A stretch of 38,539 bases of DNA from Candidatus Buchananbacteria bacterium (GCA_903863425.1 CAIPBY010000012.1:1-38539), one strand, 5' to 3'. Counted from the first letter of the stretch, positions 18,404-27,562 are shown. Numbers and translations: made by a program. Notes: a model not told the origin generated them from the letters alone.

Positions 18404-18571
18404 GGGGTTTGGGGGGAGCACCTTTCGCCAAAGCGCGAGTTGTAAGCCGAACCTCAGCCAGCAGGATGAGGTGAGCGAAACGAAGCGCGAATTAGCAAGG
18501 TATAAATCCCACCGAGCATAAGGCGAAATTGCGTACCCCAAAACCTTTGGTTCTTTCAGTTATGAAAGAAC
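18404..18571 (-). repeat. Large structured GC-rich element B
   Basis: GTTCTTTCA-gtta-TGAAAGAAC hairpin (18550-18571); GGTTTGGGG/CCCCAAAACC and TTTCGCC/GGCGAAA stems. Confidence 0.65.
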
Positions 18572-18606
18572 ATGAGAAATAGCTGAGAAATAATATAAAA
18601 GATAAT

Positions 18607-18649
18607 AAAAAACAAAAAACACCTTATTAGTAGGTGTTTTTTGTTTTTT
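18607..18649 (-). terminator. rpmB terminator (bidirectional)
   Basis: AAAAAACAAAAAACACCT-tattagt-AGGTGTTTTTTGTTTTTT. Confidence 0.8.
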
Positions 18650-18656
18650 GAGATTT

Positions 18657-18830
18657 TTACTTCCCCTTATTCACAGTTTTGATGCATCTGGCGCAGATTT
18701 TGGTCTTGACGCCATCAAGTTTTTTGGATTGAAGATTTATTTTCTGTTTTCTTTTGGTCTTTACTTTGGAATGGCTGACATTAAATGAGGTGTTGGTGCC
18801 TCTGCCACAGACTTCGCATGATTTAGACAT
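18657..18830 (-). CDS. rpmB: 50S ribosomal protein L28 (57 aa, Zn-ribbon type)
   Basis: MSKSCEVCGRGTNTSFNVSHSKVKTKRKQKINLQ...ICARCIKT; not in the ORF track. Confidence 0.93.
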   Translation of the reverse strand: MSKSCEVCGRGTNTSFNVSHSKVKTKRKQKINLQSKKLDGVKTKICARCIKTVNKGK

Positions 18831-18838
18831 GATATTTA

Positions 18839-18918
18839 GTTAAAAGTTTATAAAGTTATCAAGTTATAAAGTAAGTCCAAAGAAACTTTATGAACTTTCA
18901 ACTTTATAACTTTATAAC
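18839..18918 (-). repeat. AAGTTAT/ATAACTT-family element forming the rpmB 5' UTR
   Basis: Full fold-back; on the minus strand it ends AAC-TAAATATC-ATG. Confidence 0.85.
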
Positions 18919-18922
18919 TGAA

Positions 18923-18963
18923 ATCATAACAAATTTGTGCAAATAAGTCAATTATGTTATATT
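18923..18963. promoter_or_regulatory. Overlapping divergent promoters (rpmB on minus, M50 protease on plus)
   Basis: Minus: TTGACT-17-TATGAT (18923-18951); plus: TTGTGC-17-TATATT (18935-18963); both with extended TG. Confidence 0.55.
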
Positions 18964-18995
18964 AATAAGGAAAATAATAATCATAGTATGATTTT

Positions 18996-19631
18996 ATGCC
19001 CATAACTTGGATTCTTTCCCAACCTTTATTTTTTGTGGCCTGGATTGTTGCCATTGTGGTCACTTTGACTATCCATGAATTTTCTCATGCCCTAGCTGCC
19101 AATTATTTTGGTGATGATACGGCCAAGCAATCAGGCCGTTTGAGCCTTAATCCCTTAGTCCATGTAGATCCTATTGGTTTCCTGATGATGCTTCTAATTG
19201 GTTTCGGCTGGGCCAAGCCGGTGCCAGTAAATTCATATAATTTACGTCGTCCCAGATTAGCCATGGCCGTAATTTCTCTCGCCGGACCAGGCGCTAACTT
19301 AATCGGATTTATCGTTTTTGGCATAGTTTTGAAGATTTTGGCGCCATTTTTGGGCCCTGCCAATTTACTTACAAATTTCCTATTTTTACTTGTTTTGATT
19401 AATGTATCGTTGATGCTTTTCAATCTTATTCCTATTCCACCGTTAGACGGTTCCAAGGTGCTTTTTAGCATATTGCCCGATAAATATGCTGATTTTAAGG
19501 ATAAATTATCGCATTATGGGCCATTTGTTTTGCTAATTTTAGTGTTTGCCGACTCATTTTTGGGTTTCGATCTCTTTGGCAAGGCTTTTGGCTTAATTTT
19601 CAGCAATTTGTCAATATTTTTTAATTTTTAA
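18996..19631 (+). CDS. Site-2 protease family (M50) membrane metalloprotease
   Basis: HEFSH, GWAKPVP, AGP, NLIPIPPLDG. Confidence 0.93.
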   Translation: MPITWILSQPLFFVAWIVAIVVTLTIHEFSHALAANYFGDDTAKQSGRLSLNPLVHVDPIGFLMMLLIGFGWAKPVPVNSYNLRRPRLAMAVISLAGPGANLIGFIVFGIVLKILAPFLGPANLLTNFLFLLVLINVSLMLFNLIPIPPLDGSKVLFSILPDKYADFKDKLSHYGPFVLLILVFADSFLGFDLFGKAFGLIFSNLSIFFNF

Positions 19632-19650
19632 GCTGGTTTAGTATTCCGTC

Positions 19651-19679
19651 TTGACTTTTGCCCGGTAATTGTTTAAAAT
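19651..19679 (+). promoter_or_regulatory. Putative str operon promoter
   Basis: TTGACT, 17 nt, TAAAAT. Confidence 0.6.
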
Positions 19680-19791
19680 ATTTATGTATTAAAAAGTAAT
19701 TAACAAGAAATTCCTAGAAATATAAGTATAACCAAAGGACAGCTTATAACTCTCGGAATTCCCATCTCGGGAATTTTTTAAACTATAAATT

Positions 19792-20220
19792 ATGCCAACC
19801 ATTAATCAATTGCTCAAAAAACCAAGAGTAATCAAAAAAGCCAAGTCCAAAACACCTGATTTACAGATAACTTTGGATTCTTTGCATCGTAAGAAAAGAA
19901 CCATGCCCAAGGGTTGTTCCTTTAAGCGTGGCGTGTGCGTCCAAGTTAGAACTACTACTCCGAAGAAACCAAACTCCGCTCTACGAAAAATTGCTAGAGT
20001 TAGGCTTAGCAACGGCCAAGAAGTTACTGCTTATATCCCGGGAATTGGCCATAATTTGCAAGAGCACTCAATCGTTATGGTTCGTGGTGGCAGGGTAAAA
20101 GATTTGCCTGGTGTCAGATATCATATTGTTCGCGGTGTTTACGATAGTGCTGGCGTGGCCAACAGGAAGAAGGGTCGCAGTTTGTACGGTATGAAGAAAG
20201 AGAAGAAAGCCACGAAATAG
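19792..20220 (+). CDS. rpsL: 30S ribosomal protein S12
   Basis: [26 protein letters not shown]. Confidence 0.99.
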   Translation: MPTINQLLKKPRVIKKAKSKTPDLQITLDSLHRKKRTMPKGCSFKRGVCVQVRTTTPKKPNSALRKIARVRLSNGQEVTAYIPGIGHNLQEHSIVMVRGGRVKDLPGVRYHIVRGVYDSAGVANRKKGRSLYGMKKEKKATK

Positions 20221-20327
20221 TTGAAAGTTCATAAAGTTTATAAAGTTATAAAGTAGGACTCTATAAACTAGAATGAACTTTAAAATAGTATTTAACTTTA
20301 TAACTTGATAACTTTTAACTTTATAAC
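20220..20327 (+). repeat. AAGTTAT/ATAACTT-family element (rpsL-rpsG)
   Basis: Starts in the rpsL TAG, ends AAC 8 nt before rpsG ATG. Confidence 0.85.
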
Positions 20328-20335
20328 TTAAATTT

Positions 20336-20803
20336 ATGCGAGGTAAACCAGCAACAAAAAGAAAAATAAAACCAGATAGCAAATTCAATCAAGAAAATAT
20401 TGCTAAATTCATTAATTATATAATGGAAAGAGGCAAGAAGGCCACGGCCGAGAAGATTGTTTATGAAGCCATGGATTTGATTTCCCAGAAGACCAAGCTA
20501 GATCCTTTGGATGTGTTCAATACTGCGATGCAAAACATTTCTCCATCTGTAGAAATCAAAGGTAAAAGAGTTGGTGGCGCTAACTATCAAGTTCCAGTCG
20601 CCGTACGATCGGAGAGAAGTTTGACTTTGGGAAGCAGATGGTTGATTGCAGCTGCCAAAGCCAGAAAAGGCAAGAAGATGGCTGAAAAATTAGCTGATGA
20701 AGTTATTAATGCTTACAACAATGAAGGTACAGCGATCAAGAAGAAGCAGGATACTTATAGAATGGCTGAAGCCAATCGTGCTTTTGCGCATTTTTCTAGA
20801 TAA
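20336..20803 (+). CDS. rpsG: 30S ribosomal protein S7
   Basis: RVGGANYQVP, MAEANRAFAHF. Confidence 0.99.
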   Translation: MRGKPATKRKIKPDSKFNQENIAKFINYIMERGKKATAEKIVYEAMDLISQKTKLDPLDVFNTAMQNISPSVEIKGKRVGGANYQVPVAVRSERSLTLGSRWLIAAAKARKGKKMAEKLADEVINAYNNEGTAIKKKQDTYRMAEANRAFAHFSR

Positions 20804-20817
20804 ATAAATTTTTTAAT

Positions 20818-21477
20818 ATGGCCGCCGAATTACTAGACATTTATTCTTTTGAAGGTGAGCTAGTTGGTCAGATGGAAAAGAAAGAATTTCATGAGACGAT
20901 AAGGCAAGAGTACAAAGAAAAGGGCTCAACCTCAATTAGACATAAGCATGTCCGTTTATTCCTTATGACTTCCAAGGGAAGAATAATTTTACAAAGAAGA
21001 TCTAAGTGGAAGGGCGATAATGCTGGAATGTGGGACAAGACAATCGGTGGGCATATTACCAGTGGAGATACTTTTGAATTAACCATGCTGAAGGAATGTG
21101 CGGAAGAATTAGGAATACCAGCAACAATCGTTAAGCCAGAAGATTTTGATAAGGTATCTTCTACCACAGATTTACATGTTTTGGCCATATTGAAACCATT
21201 AATTCTTTTGGATAATTATCAATCTCATAGAATGCATGGCGGAGAGAAATGGACGGAAAGTAGTATTACTCAATTTTTCTTTGGTTATTATGATGGAGCC
21301 ATTAGATTTATTGATAGCGAGTCATGTGGCGTACAAGTTTTTACCCGAGAAGAGCTAGAAGAAGAGGCTAAGGCCAGCCCTGAAAATTTTACTGACGACA
21401 TAAGATATATGATTAATAAATTTGGGACACTGATTAAGCCAGCTGAAAAGAAAATAGAGCATGTTTTGAATATTTAG
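20818..21477 (+). CDS. NUDIX-fold hydrolase (IPP-isomerase-like N-terminus)
   Basis: ILQRRS..K..GMWD..GGH..GD......KECAEELGI Nudix box. Confidence 0.8.
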   Translation: MAAELLDIYSFEGELVGQMEKKEFHETIRQEYKEKGSTSIRHKHVRLFLMTSKGRIILQRRSKWKGDNAGMWDKTIGGHITSGDTFELTMLKECAEELGIPATIVKPEDFDKVSSTTDLHVLAILKPLILLDNYQSHRMHGGEKWTESSITQFFFGYYDGAIRFIDSESCGVQVFTREELEEEAKASPENFTDDIRYMINKFGTLIKPAEKKIEHVLNI

Positions 21478-21546
21478 AAATTATTTAAAAATTCCAAAAT
21501 TGAAAATTGTTTGAAAATTATAAATTAAAAATTGAAAATTATAAAA
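21478..21546 (+). repeat. AATTGAAA-family repeat, 3' arm only, before fusA
   Basis: ATTGAAAATTGTTTGA at 21499-21514 is identical to 37571-37586. Confidence 0.7.
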
Positions 21547-21550
21547 ATGT

Positions 21551-23683
21551 ATGCCCCGTAAAATTCCTATTGAAAAAATCAGAAATATCGGTATTATCGC
21601 CCATATCGACGCTGGAAAGACAACTGTCTCCGAGCGTATTTTGTTCTACACCGGCAAGAAGCACAAAATCGGCGAAGTTCATGAAGGTGAAGCTACGATG
21701 GATTGGATGGAACAAGAGCAAGAAAGAGGTATTACCATCACTTCTGCGGCCACGACTTGTTTCTGGCCGAATGCGCAGTGGCTGGGAGGCGGGGATATCC
21801 AAATCAATATCATTGATACTCCCGGACATGTGGATTTCACAGCTGAAGTGGAGAGATCTCTTCGCGTGCTTGATGGCGGTGTCATTGTCTTCGATGGCGT
21901 GGCCGGCGTAGAGCCTCAATCAGAAACTGTTTGGCGACAATCAGAGAAATATCATGTGCCAAAAATCGGATTTGTAAACAAAATGGATCGGATGGGCGCC
22001 AATTTCTACAATGACATGAATTCCATTCATGAGAGACTCACCGCTAATGCTCATCCAATACAACTGCCAATCGGCGCCGCTGATACTTTTACCGGCATCA
22101 TTGATTTGTTTGAGATGAAAGCTGAAGTTTACCAAGATGAGTTGGGTACTAAATGGGAAGTAACCGATGTGCCCGCTGATGAGCTGGAGCGAGCCAAGGA
22201 ATTCAGAGCCAAGTTGGTTGAAGCCATTGTAGAAAATGATGAAAAATTAATGGAGAGATATTTGGCCGGAGAAGAAATTTCTATTCCAGATTTGAAAAAA
22301 ACCTTACGACGTGCAGTTATTGATAATAAAATTGTGCCGATTCTTTGCGGTTCTGCTTTGAAGAACAAGGGTGTGCAATTTTTGCTTAATGCCATTGATG
22401 AATATTTGCCATCGCCAATGGATGTTTCGGCACCGCTGGGAACTGATGTCGATGACGAAGAGAAGAAAGTGGAAGTGAAAGTTTCTGACGATGCTCCGAT
22501 GGCTGGGTTAGCATTTAAGATCGCCACTGATCCTTTTGTTGGTAAATTAGTATTTTTCAGAGTATATAGTGGAGTTATGAAATCAGGATCATATCTAGTA
22601 AATAATTCCAATGGCAACAAAGAGAGAATCGGCCGAATACTTAGAATGCATGCCAATTCCCGAGAAGAAATTGATGAAGTGTATGCCGGAGAAATTGCCG
22701 CCATTGTCGGTATCAGACAAGTTACGACTGGTGATACTTTGTCAGATCCAAGTTTCCCAGTGCACTTAGAAAATATTACTTTCCCTGAACCGGTTATTGA
22801 TATTGCGGTTGAGCCCAAGACCAAAGTTGATCAAGAAAAAATGGGATTTGCTTTGGCCAAGCTGGCTGAAGAGGATCCGACTTTCCGCGTGCACACTGAT
22901 GAAGAAACCATGCAGACGATTATTTCTGGCATGGGAGAGTTGCATTTGGATATTATCGTGGATCGTATGAAAAGAGAATTCAAGGTTGAAGCCAATATCG
23001 GCGCTCCTCAAGTCGCCTATCGTGAAACCATCAAAGGCAAAGCCGAAGCTGAAGGCAAATATATCAGGCAATCTGGTGGACGCGGACAATATGGTCATTG
23101 CTGGATCAGGATTGAACCGTCAGAAGCCAACAAAGGATTTGAATTTTTTGATGAAACAAAAGGCGGTGCTATTCCCAAGGAATATATTAAGCCAATTGAA
23201 AAAGGCATTAAGGAAGCCATGGCCAGAGGAATCCTTGCTGGTTATCCTGCGATTGATATCAAGGCGACAGTATATGATGGATCATTTCACGAAGTTGACT
23301 CTTCAGAAGCAGCTTTTAAAATCGCTGGATCACTTGCTTTCCAGGAAGCTTCCAAGCGCGCCACTCCGATTATCCTTGAGCCAGTTATGAAAATCGAGGT
23401 TGTTACTCCAGAGCAATTCATGGGAGATATTATTGGTGATCTTAATTCCAGACGCGCGATTATTCTTTCCATGGCTGATAGAGGAGCAGGCGCGACGGCT
23501 CTGAAAATTATTACGGCTAATGTTCCGTTGTCTGAAATGTTTGGTTATACTACGACTCTAAGGTCAATGTCACAAGGCAGAGCCTCATCTTCTATGGAAT
23601 TTTTCCAATACTGTGAAGTGCCGAAGAATGTAGAAATGAAGATCGTAGAAGGCAGGAAGGGAACAGGAGAGAAGAGAATATAA
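21551..23683 (+). CDS. fusA: Elongation factor G
   Basis: [32 protein letters not shown]. Confidence 0.99.
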   Translation: MPRKIPIEKIRNIGIIAHIDAGKTTVSERILFYTGKKHKIGEVHEGEATMDWMEQEQERGITITSAATTCFWPNAQWLGGGDIQINIIDTPGHVDFTAEVERSLRVLDGGVIVFDGVAGVEPQSETVWRQSEKYHVPKIGFVNKMDRMGANFYNDMNSIHERLTANAHPIQLPIGAADTFTGIIDLFEMKAEVYQDELGTKWEVTDVPADELERAKEFRAKLVEAIVENDEKLMERYLAGEEISIPDLKKTLRRAVIDNKIVPILCGSALKNKGVQFLLNAIDEYLPSPMDVSAPLGTDVDDEEKKVEVKVSDDAPMAGLAFKIATDPFVGKLVFFRVYSGVMKSGSYLVNNSNGNKERIGRILRMHANSREEIDEVYAGEIAAIVGIRQVTTGDTLSDPSFPVHLENITFPEPVIDIAVEPKTKVDQEKMGFALAKLAEEDPTFRVHTDEETMQTIISGMGELHLDIIVDRMKREFKVEANIGAPQVAYRETIKGKAEAEGKYIRQSGGRGQYGHCWIRIEPSEANKGFEFFDETKGGAIPKEYIKPIEKGIKEAMARGILAGYPAIDIKATVYDGSFHEVDSSEAAFKIAGSLAFQEASKRATPIILEPVMKIEVVTPEQFMGDIIGDLNSRRAIILSMADRGAGATALKIITANVPLSEMFGYTTTLRSMSQGRASSSMEFFQYCEVPKNVEMKIVEGRKGTGEKRI

Positions 23684-23704
23684 AAATTGTAATTTAAAAT
23701 AAAA

Positions 23705-23760
23705 GCGCCCCGGACAGTGAAACGAACGCGTTCGAATGCGTTGCTCAAAGTCGCGGGGGC
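23705..23760 (-). terminator. GC-rich hairpin downstream of orphan 23782-24099 (also just after fusA)
   Basis: Minus strand CCCCG-C-GAC...GTC-CGGGG followed by CGCTTTTATTTT. Confidence 0.6.
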
Positions 23761-23781
23761 GAGGCGAGGCGGATATTCCCA

Positions 23782-24099
23782 TCAATCCTCCTTTCTGTTC
23801 TGGATGGGAAATATGAAAATATTTGTTAGAGGCGGAGGCGTCGCCTTGGCGGGTTTATCCATGTAGTGGCAGTAGATGGCAAAGATGACTACTGGGGTAG
23901 CGCCTATGACAATCGGTAGCATGCCTACACAAAGAAACGCCGTTACTTTGGAAATATAGTGCATCTTCTCTAAGTATTCCAACAGCGCATTACTACCAGC
24001 CACGAATGCAATTAAAGCAACGGCGACGATCTCTATGAGGAGAACAATTCCCGCGCCTATCGCATTATCCTTTATTGCCTTTTTCGTTTTTTGTTGCAT
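23782..24099 (-). CDS. Orphan two-TM membrane protein (105 aa)
   Basis: Consensus promoter, AAGGAG SD, two hydrophobic helices. Confidence 0.75.
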   Translation of the reverse strand: MQQKTKKAIKDNAIGAGIVLLIEIVAVALIAFVAGSNALLEYLEKMHYISKVTAFLCVGMLPIVIGATPVVIFAIYCHYMDKPAKATPPPLTNIFIFPIQNRKED

Positions 24100-24156
24100 T
24101 TTTTAGGCTCCTTCTTAAGCTTGAGGTGAAATGAACTTACTCTATCTTCAATTTCA

Positions 24157-24185
24157 ATTATAGCATACTATCCAATTCCTGTCAA
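24157..24185 (-). promoter_or_regulatory. Perfect consensus sigma70 promoter of orphan 23782-24099
   Basis: TTGACA, 17 nt, TATAAT with extended TG. Confidence 0.8.
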
Positions 24186-24209
24186 TAGCTAATTAAATAT
24201 TTTATCTAA

Positions 24210-24294
24210 ATCCAGCACTAATTTTAGCCAATTTTCAATATAATTTAAATAATCAACGATTTGACCCAGTCATTAATTAAAATTAGTGCTGGAT
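24210..24294. repeat. Perfect 17-bp inverted repeat with 51-bp spacer
   Basis: ATCCAGCACTAATTTTA (24210-24226) / TAAAATTAGTGCTGGAT (24278-24294). Confidence 0.85.
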
Positions 24295-24311
24295 AAATTA
24301 CCCACAATCAT

Positions 24312-24695
24312 ATGTCAAACCTTCAAAAAGTAGTGGATTTGATCAATAAAACTGGGGATAAAGCCATAGTTTTGGATCAAAATGGCGATCCTAACTATGT
24401 TTTGATGGCTTTCAGTGACTATGAACAGCTAATTGTGGGTAAATCAGAGGTTCGTGGCTTGACAGAAGCTGAACTTTTAGATAAGATTAACCGTGATATC
24501 GCAGTCTGGAAAGAAGGTCAAAAATCGCAAGATTTAGACCATGAAGGTCACGATATTCCCAGAGATTTATCTAATTTTAGAAGCTTTGAAGAGGCATTTG
24601 ACGCTGACATAGATCAGCTCAAAGAAGAAGAGGATTTTGATAATGAAGATGAGGAAAAAGACGAGGATAGGTTCTATTTTGAAACAGTAGAATAA
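24312..24695 (+). CDS. Hypothetical protein, Phd/YefM-like N-terminus and acidic tail
   Basis: KAIVLDQNGDPNYVLMAFSDYEQL resembles the Phd beta-beta-alpha pattern; D/E-rich C-terminus. Confidence 0.7.
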   Translation: MSNLQKVVDLINKTGDKAIVLDQNGDPNYVLMAFSDYEQLIVGKSEVRGLTEAELLDKINRDIAVWKEGQKSQDLDHEGHDIPRDLSNFRSFEEAFDADIDQLKEEEDFDNEDEEKDEDRFYFETVE

Positions 24696-24712
24696 TTGCC
24701 TATATTTACCTC

Positions 24713-24740
24713 TTGTAAAATTAATTAATTGTGTTATAAT
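24713..24740 (+). promoter_or_regulatory. Putative tuf/S10 promoter
   Basis: TTGTAA, 16 nt, TATAAT with extended TG. Confidence 0.6.
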
Positions 24741-24870
24741 AATTAAGCATTTAAAAATACTAATAAACCTGTTAGGTCTGGGTAAAACCTTGTAATCAAT
24801 CCGCCCCGTGTCTGCCTCTGGCAGATGGTGCGGACGAACCAGGGGACCTAATTGACAAGGAATAATCACC

Positions 24871-26058
24871 ATGGCAGAACAATTTAACAGATCCAAGCCA
24901 CATGTAAATGTGGGAACAATCGGTCACGTTGACCACGGAAAGACTACTTTAACAGCAGCCATTCTTAACACTTTAAGTGATCGAGGATTTACTGCTCAGC
25001 ACAAATCTGTTGATCAGATTGATGCCGCTCCAGAAGAAAAGGCTCGTGGTATTACTATTGCTACTGCTCACGTTGAGTATGAGACAGAGAAAAGACATTA
25101 TGCTCACGTCGATTGCCCAGGACATGCTGACTATATTAAAAACATGATTACTGGTGCCGCTCAGATGGATGGCGCAATTTTGGTTGTAGCCGCTACTGAC
25201 GGACCTATGCCTCAGACTAGAGAGCATATTCTTTTGGCTAATCAGGTTGGTGTTCCTCATATTATTGTTTTCATCAATAAGGTTGATCAGGTAGATGATG
25301 AATCATTAGTTGATTTAGTTGAAGAAGAAATTAGAGATTTACTTAAGAAATATCAATTCGACGGAGATAATGCTCCAGTTATTCGAGGTTCTGCCTTGAA
25401 AGCTTTGCAAGATCCAAAGGGTCCCGATGGCGATGCTATTATGAAACTTATGGATGCTTTGGATTCTTATATCCCTGAACCTCAGAGAGCAACTGACCAG
25501 CCATTCTTGATGCCTATTGAAGATGTCTTCTCTATTGAAGGCAGAGGAACTGTAGTAACCGGAAGAATTGAAAGAGGTATTGTCAAGATAAATGAAGAAG
25601 TTGAATTAGTTGGTTTAGCTGATACCAAGAAGACTGTTGTTACTGGAATTGAAATGTTTAACAAGAATCTTGACGAAGGCAGAGCCGGTGATAATGCTGG
25701 CGTTTTGCTTCGTGGCATTAAGAAAGATGAAGTTGAAAGAGGACAGGTGCTTTGCAAACCAGGATCAATTACTCCACATAGCGAATTTGAAGCTGAAGTT
25801 TATGTCTTATCCAAAGAAGAAGGTGGAAGACATAAGCCATTTTTCAAAGGATACAAGCCACAGTTTTATATTAGAACTACTGATGTAACTGGAGAAGTTG
25901 AATTACCAGAAGGCAAAGAAATGGTTATGCCTGGCGATACTGTCAATTTGAAAATCAAATTGGGTAAGACCGTGGCCATGGAAGAAAAGATGAAATTTGC
26001 TATCAGAGAAGGCGGACACACTGTTGGAGCTGGCGTGGTGACCAAAATAATCAAATAA
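24871..26058 (+). CDS. tuf: Elongation factor Tu
   Basis: [21 protein letters not shown]. Confidence 0.99.
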   Translation: MAEQFNRSKPHVNVGTIGHVDHGKTTLTAAILNTLSDRGFTAQHKSVDQIDAAPEEKARGITIATAHVEYETEKRHYAHVDCPGHADYIKNMITGAAQMDGAILVVAATDGPMPQTREHILLANQVGVPHIIVFINKVDQVDDESLVDLVEEEIRDLLKKYQFDGDNAPVIRGSALKALQDPKGPDGDAIMKLMDALDSYIPEPQRATDQPFLMPIEDVFSIEGRGTVVTGRIERGIVKINEEVELVGLADTKKTVVTGIEMFNKNLDEGRAGDNAGVLLRGIKKDEVERGQVLCKPGSITPHSEFEAEVYVLSKEEGGRHKPFFKGYKPQFYIRTTDVTGEVELPEGKEMVMPGDTVNLKIKLGKTVAMEEKMKFAIREGGHTVGAGVVTKIIK

Positions 26059-26069
26059 ATATTTTCACA

Positions 26070-26097
26070 ACAGAGACGTCTTTCGGGGCGTCTCTGT
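26070..26097 (+). other. 12-bp hairpin with UUCG loop after tuf (no U tract)
   Basis: ACAGAGACGTCT-TTCG-GGGCGTCTCTGT. Confidence 0.6.
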
Positions 26098-26134
26098 ATC
26101 GTGAATGTTTAAATACACTGATAATTACAAAAAA

Positions 26135-26482
26135 ATGGCGTTAAAAACTACTTCTGCTACACCTGAAAATGATAAGCCACATCAGAGAATCAGGATCAAA
26201 ATCAAAGCTTACGATCACAAGATAATCGATAATTCTGCCAAAAAGATTATTGATACTTGCCAAAGATTCGGAGCTAGAGTTGTTGGTCCGGTACCGCTTC
26301 CTACAGAAAAGAAGAAATACACAGTCAATAAATCGACTTTTGTACACAAGGATAGTAGGGATCAATTTGAGATGAGGGTTCATAAGAGATTGCTTGATAT
26401 ATTCGATCCAAATTCTCAGACTATTGATGCTCTTATGAGTTTGAACTTGCCAGCAGGAGTAAATGTAGAAATAAAAATGTAA
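26135..26482 (+). CDS. rpsJ: 30S ribosomal protein S10
   Basis: [21 protein letters not shown]; ATG 26135 preferred over 26105. Confidence 0.97.
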   Translation: MALKTTSATPENDKPHQRIRIKIKAYDHKIIDNSAKKIIDTCQRFGARVVGPVPLPTEKKKYTVNKSTFVHKDSRDQFEMRVHKRLLDIFDPNSQTIDALMSLNLPAGVNVEIKM

Positions 26483-26659
26483 ATTAAATATTTCGTTTTT
26501 TGAAAAGACGGATTTATAAAGAAAATGGAGAAAGATCCGAGGACTCAGGAAGCCTTTAGCGGAAAACCTCCATCGTCAATATGAATCTCGTGAGAGGAAA
26601 ATAATTAAAATATCCAAAATTTAGATAGGTCCCATTACTCAAGATTTCTGAGGGGGAAT

Positions 26660-26692
26660 GATCTGGTTTTTGAGATATGACCAGATTTTTTT
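26660..26692 (+). terminator. Terminator-like hairpin just upstream of rplC
   Basis: GATCTGGTT/GACCAGATT stem followed by a T run. Confidence 0.55.
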
Positions 26693-26710
26693 GTTTATAA
26701 ACCATTCAAT

Positions 26711-27535
26711 ATGAAATTCATTTTAGGAAAAAAATTAGAAATGAGCCAGATTTTCAAGGAAGACGGTACCGTTATTCCCGTTACTGCTGTCGTGGCCACT
26801 GATAATGTTATTGCCCAGATTAAAACCAAAGACAAAGATGGCTATATTGCTGTCCAGGTTGGATATGGAGTGGGCAAGCACAATAACAAGGCCAAAGTGG
26901 GACATTTGAAGGGTTTGGATGCTGTGGGCTCGCTCAAAGAATTTAGAATGAAAGAAGATGAATTATCTGAAGTGAAGCGTGGAGACAAGATAGGCGTAGA
27001 AGCATTTTCCGCTGGAGATGGCGTGGATGTGATTGGTTTTTCCAAGGGAAAAGGATTTCAGGGTGTAGTCAAAAGACATGGTTTTCATGGTCAGAAGGCT
27101 TCTCATGGACACAAAGATCAAGAGAGAATGCCTGGATCTATTGGTGCTGGTGGCGTGCAAAGAGTTTTCCGAGGAGTAAGAATGGCTGGAAGAATGGGTG
27201 GAGATCAAGTGACAGTTAAGGGTTTGGAGATTATTTCCGTTGATCCAGAGAAGAACATTCTTTATATCAAAGGAGCTTTGCCAGGAGCCAGAAATGGTTT
27301 GGTTATTGTAAGTGGTGAAGGAAAGTTAGAAGTAAAACCCGCCTCCGCTGAAGCTATTTCGGGCAAGAAAGATTCTACTCCAGTAATTGAAGCCAAAGAA
27401 GGAATCAGGACAGAGGAGGCTGTTGTAGAAGAAGTTGTTAATCCAATTGAAGAAGTTAAGGTTGAAGCTCCAACTGAAGAGGTTATGGCCGAAGAAGCTG
27501 TTGTGGCAGATGAAATTCCAGAGAAAAATAATTAA
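26711..27535 (+). CDS. rplC: 50S ribosomal protein L3 (acidic C-terminal extension)
   Basis: GKGFQGVVKRHGF, PGSIG. Confidence 0.98.
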   Translation: MKFILGKKLEMSQIFKEDGTVIPVTAVVATDNVIAQIKTKDKDGYIAVQVGYGVGKHNNKAKVGHLKGLDAVGSLKEFRMKEDELSEVKRGDKIGVEAFSAGDGVDVIGFSKGKGFQGVVKRHGFHGQKASHGHKDQERMPGSIGAGGVQRVFRGVRMAGRMGGDQVTVKGLEIISVDPEKNILYIKGALPGARNGLVIVSGEGKLEVKPASAEAISGKKDSTPVIEAKEGIRTEEAVVEEVVNPIEEVKVEAPTEEVMAEEAVVADEIPEKNN

Positions 27536-27562
27536 ATTATCAGTTATTAGTTATATATTAAT

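Noticed and set aside
17698-23760. Bulged hairpins as integron attC sites
   Set aside because: No RYYYAAC/GTTRRRY boxes, no tandem cassette array and no integrase; the genes carry their own promoters
24772-24851. tRNA upstream of tuf
   Set aside because: No cloverleaf, no TTC T-loop motif in the right place, no acceptor stem or CCA
27536-27562. AGTTATTAGTTAT before rplD as another repeat copy
   Set aside because: Only two units and no mirror arm; too short to distinguish from AT-rich background
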